A stretch of 49,332 nucleotides of DNA from Alphaproteobacteria bacterium (lineage in GTDB: Bacteria; Pseudomonadota; Alphaproteobacteria; SHVV01): NCBI GenBank assembly GCA_009694095.1, contig SHVV01000003.1:1-49332 (forward strand). Direction: 5' to 3'. Position 1 is the stretch's first letter; each line of letters opens with the position of its first letter. The translations under genes and the position numbers were made by a program. A model generated the notes under the pieces. The model was not told where the DNA came from and made no database searches. It saw nothing but the letters and a program-made list of their open reading frames with translations. Below are positions 47,541 through 49,332 of this stretch, piece after piece.

Positions 47541-48055
47541 CGAAAGCTGTCGTCGGCAAGACGAGCTTAACGGCGCGGCTTACGCGCCGGGCAGTCGCCA
47601 TTGCGCTGGTTTTGGTGTTTTTCACGGGCGCCATCGCACCGACGAAAAGCTTGGCCTCGGGCGTCGGGCACAAGAAAGAAGGCGAAGAACCAAAGTCGAA
47701 GAAGCCTACGGCCAACTTGTGTTACGAACGCTCGGGTGCGCTGGCGGGGGAGGTCGGGTTCGTCAAGCTCAAGCTATTCACGGTGAGTTTGATTGAAGGC
47801 AAAAAAACGTGGAGCCGGCTCAATTTGGGGCTCAATTTCGAAACCGTCGCCGGACCACCCGAAGACAAGCTCATCGCCAATATTCCGCGACTTCAGGCGG
47901 CCTATGTCGACTACCGGACAAGAACGGGATCGACCTTCATCAAAGGGGGAAAGCTACAGCTCGACCCGGTCAAGGTTGAACTGCAGAGAATCACGGACGT
48001 TACGCTCGGCAAAGACGTGGCGACCGTCTTGATCCGCGAGGCAATCAAGAAATGA
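47537..48055 (+). CDS. FliL-like exported/membrane-anchored protein
   Basis: N-terminal hydrophobic segment, charged linker, FVKLKLFTVSLI..PRLQAAY..VKVELQR..LGKD..VLI resembling the FliL fold; no flagellar genes nearby. Confidence 0.5.
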   Translation: MTKAVVGKTSLTARLTRRAVAIALVLVFFTGAIAPTKSLASGVGHKKEGEEPKSKKPTANLCYERSGALAGEVGFVKLKLFTVSLIEGKKTWSRLNLGLNFETVAGPPEDKLIANIPRLQAAYVDYRTRTGSTFIKGGKLQLDPVKVELQRITDVTLGKDVATVLIREAIKK

Positions 48056-48776
48056 TCGTACCGTCGCGCCGCCCTGGAGCTATCGACGCATCCCCAAGCC
48101 AAACGTTAAGAAAATTTTTAAGCCACGCTCGAACGTGGCGTTCGCTCGAGGGTTTGCGTTTGATCTGTTCGGCTAGCGGCTGAGCGCCGGGCAGCGACAA
48201 ACGTTGTGCCGCGACCGTGGTCCAAAAATTTACGATCCGCCCGGTCACCTCGGGATGAAATTGAATGCCGTAGGCAGCACCGTAGCGAAAGGCCTGGTTT
48301 TCAAAAGTGTCACCGGTTGCGAGCAATGTCGCGCCGGCAGGTAGGCCGAAGCCCTCAATGTGCCATTGATAGTACCGTGCTTCGCGCTCAAAGAGATGCC
48401 GACCGTCGGGCGTGCCGCGAACCGGGTAATAGCCGATCTCGCTCAGTTTATCCGGGTGCGGCGAAACCGTTGCTCCAAGGACGCGGGCCAACATCTGCGC
48501 GCCGAGGCAGACGCCGAGAAATGGCTTGTTGGCATCGAGAACGACTGGAATCCATTCAAGTTCACGCCGGATGAACTCGAGTTTGCCGTCGTCGTTGGCG
48601 CTCATCGGACCGCCAAAAACGATGGCCCCGGCATGGTCGGCCATCGTCGGCGGGAGCGGGTCGCCGCCGCTCGGCCGGCGTATATCAAGCGAAAACCCGA
48701 TCGAACGTAGCTGCGTCCCGACCCTCCCGGGATCGGAACGTTCGCTGTGAACAATGACGAGGATCTTGTCCGGCAT
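48045..48776 (-). CDS. Class I glutamine amidotransferase-like protein
   Basis: GAIVFGGPMSAND, PFLGVCLGAQML (Cys nucleophile), QWHIEGF, GIQFHPEV. Confidence 0.92.
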   Translation of the reverse strand: MPDKILVIVHSERSDPGRVGTQLRSIGFSLDIRRPSGGDPLPPTMADHAGAIVFGGPMSANDDGKLEFIRRELEWIPVVLDANKPFLGVCLGAQMLARVLGATVSPHPDKLSEIGYYPVRGTPDGRHLFEREARYYQWHIEGFGLPAGATLLATGDTFENQAFRYGAAYGIQFHPEVTGRIVNFWTTVAAQRLSLPGAQPLAEQIKRKPSSERHVRAWLKNFLNVWLGDASIAPGRRDGTIIS

Positions 48777-48991
48777 AGTTCAGATGTCGAGTTTGGCCCT
48801 AGCCGCTGGGGACGACTGACACGATAGCGCGAATCGCCGGCCTCGAAGCGGCTAACTATTCCAAGGCCTAACGACTAGAAGATGAGCGTGGGCCACTATG
48901 GTCTACGGTCGGTTCGAGCAGAATCGGGGCGGTCGGCCAGCGCATCTGGCTCTTTGCTCCGGCCAGGCCGCCCAAACTTGAGGAGGTCGAA

Positions 48992-49150
48992 ATGAACGTC
49001 GCCACCATCCTCGCGGCCAAAGTCAACGCTGTGTTGACGGCCAAGGAATCGACGAAACTTTCGGAAATCGTCGCTACCCACCGCGAAGACAATGTCGGCG
49101 ACATCGTCGTTTAGGACGATGGGTTGCGCGTAAAGGGAATCGTTTCGGAG
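48992..49150 (+). pseudogene. CBS-domain protein N-terminus with an internal TAG, truncated by IS6
   Basis: RBS GAGGAGG; MNVATILAAK..VLT..LSEIV..NVGDIVV*DDGLRVKGIVSE, then the IS end exactly at 49151 where RD is expected. Confidence 0.8.
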
Positions 49151-49332
49151 GGCTTTGTCACGTTGCCGGACGAAGAACGCGAAGAGCTTGCGGGCGCCAG
49201 ATTCTCAGGCTGCCGCGACCGCCGTCCGCCACGTGTCCATGGCCGCCGCACGGAAGGTGCGGTGCGTTCGGGCGGATGTCAGGTAGCGTTGGACGTTGAA
49301 GGTGTTGTCGACGGCGGCGTGAGTTGAGAGAA
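49151..49332 (-). mobile_element. Right end of a second IS6-family element (partial, cut by window edge)
   Basis: IR GGCTTTGTCACG at 49151-49162; minus strand encodes LSTHAAVDNTFNVQRYLTSARTHRTFRAAAMDTWRTAVAAA* (stop 49205-49207), homologous to the first transposase C-terminus. Confidence 0.9.

Noticed and set aside
7902-49114. Stop-codon reassignment or readthrough, suggested by in-frame TAG at 7902, 10071 and 49112 and TGA at 11866
   Set aside because: Many intact genes here end in TAG or TGA at their expected C-termini (e.g. 18210, 24087, 17340), and the interrupted genes carry other lesions, so pseudogenisation is the simpler explanation
1-49332. CRISPR arrays, tRNA/rRNA genes, prophage or anti-phage defence genes
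   Set aside because: No regularly spaced repeats, RNA-gene signatures or recognisable phage/defence proteins seen by eye

Overview
GC-rich alphaproteobacterial-like window (inferred from DUF1491, a VPLPA-CTERM tail, ZapE and a FliL-like gene), with a different IS6-family element at each end. The left part (1-14.8 kb) holds the 3' end of sthA, an IS6, a Liv-type ABC importer, a TSUP exporter, a cold-shock gene, several decaying genes, a dienelactone hydrolase and ZapE. The centre (15.0-29.5 kb) is the most notable part: an apparently intact redox locus whose parts could form an electron path from cytoplasm to cell surface. It encodes an FAD/NAD(P)H oxidoreductase fused to two cyclic-nucleotide-binding domains and four [4Fe-4S] motifs, a membrane protein with two His-x13-His pairs (di-heme b pattern), a membrane-anchored FHA-domain decaheme cytochrome, a small exported protein, an exported tandem GlcG/HbpS protein, an outer-membrane beta-barrel, a 1290-aa decaheme cytochrome with an LVIVD beta-propeller, and a convergent pentaheme cytochrome (25 heme-c motifs in total). 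The pentaheme gene lies 89 bp head-to-head with an Xps-like type II secretion operon (gspO-E-F-G-H-I-J-K-L-M-C/N-D). Two unusual exported proteins follow, one carrying a second copy of the secretin N0 domain. The right end has RidA, DUF1989, an acyl-CoA dehydrogenase, a CoA-transferase, a FliL-like gene, a glutamine amidotransferase and a CBS gene cut by the second IS6. All calls come from reading motifs by eye; no database searches were run, so novelty is unverified.
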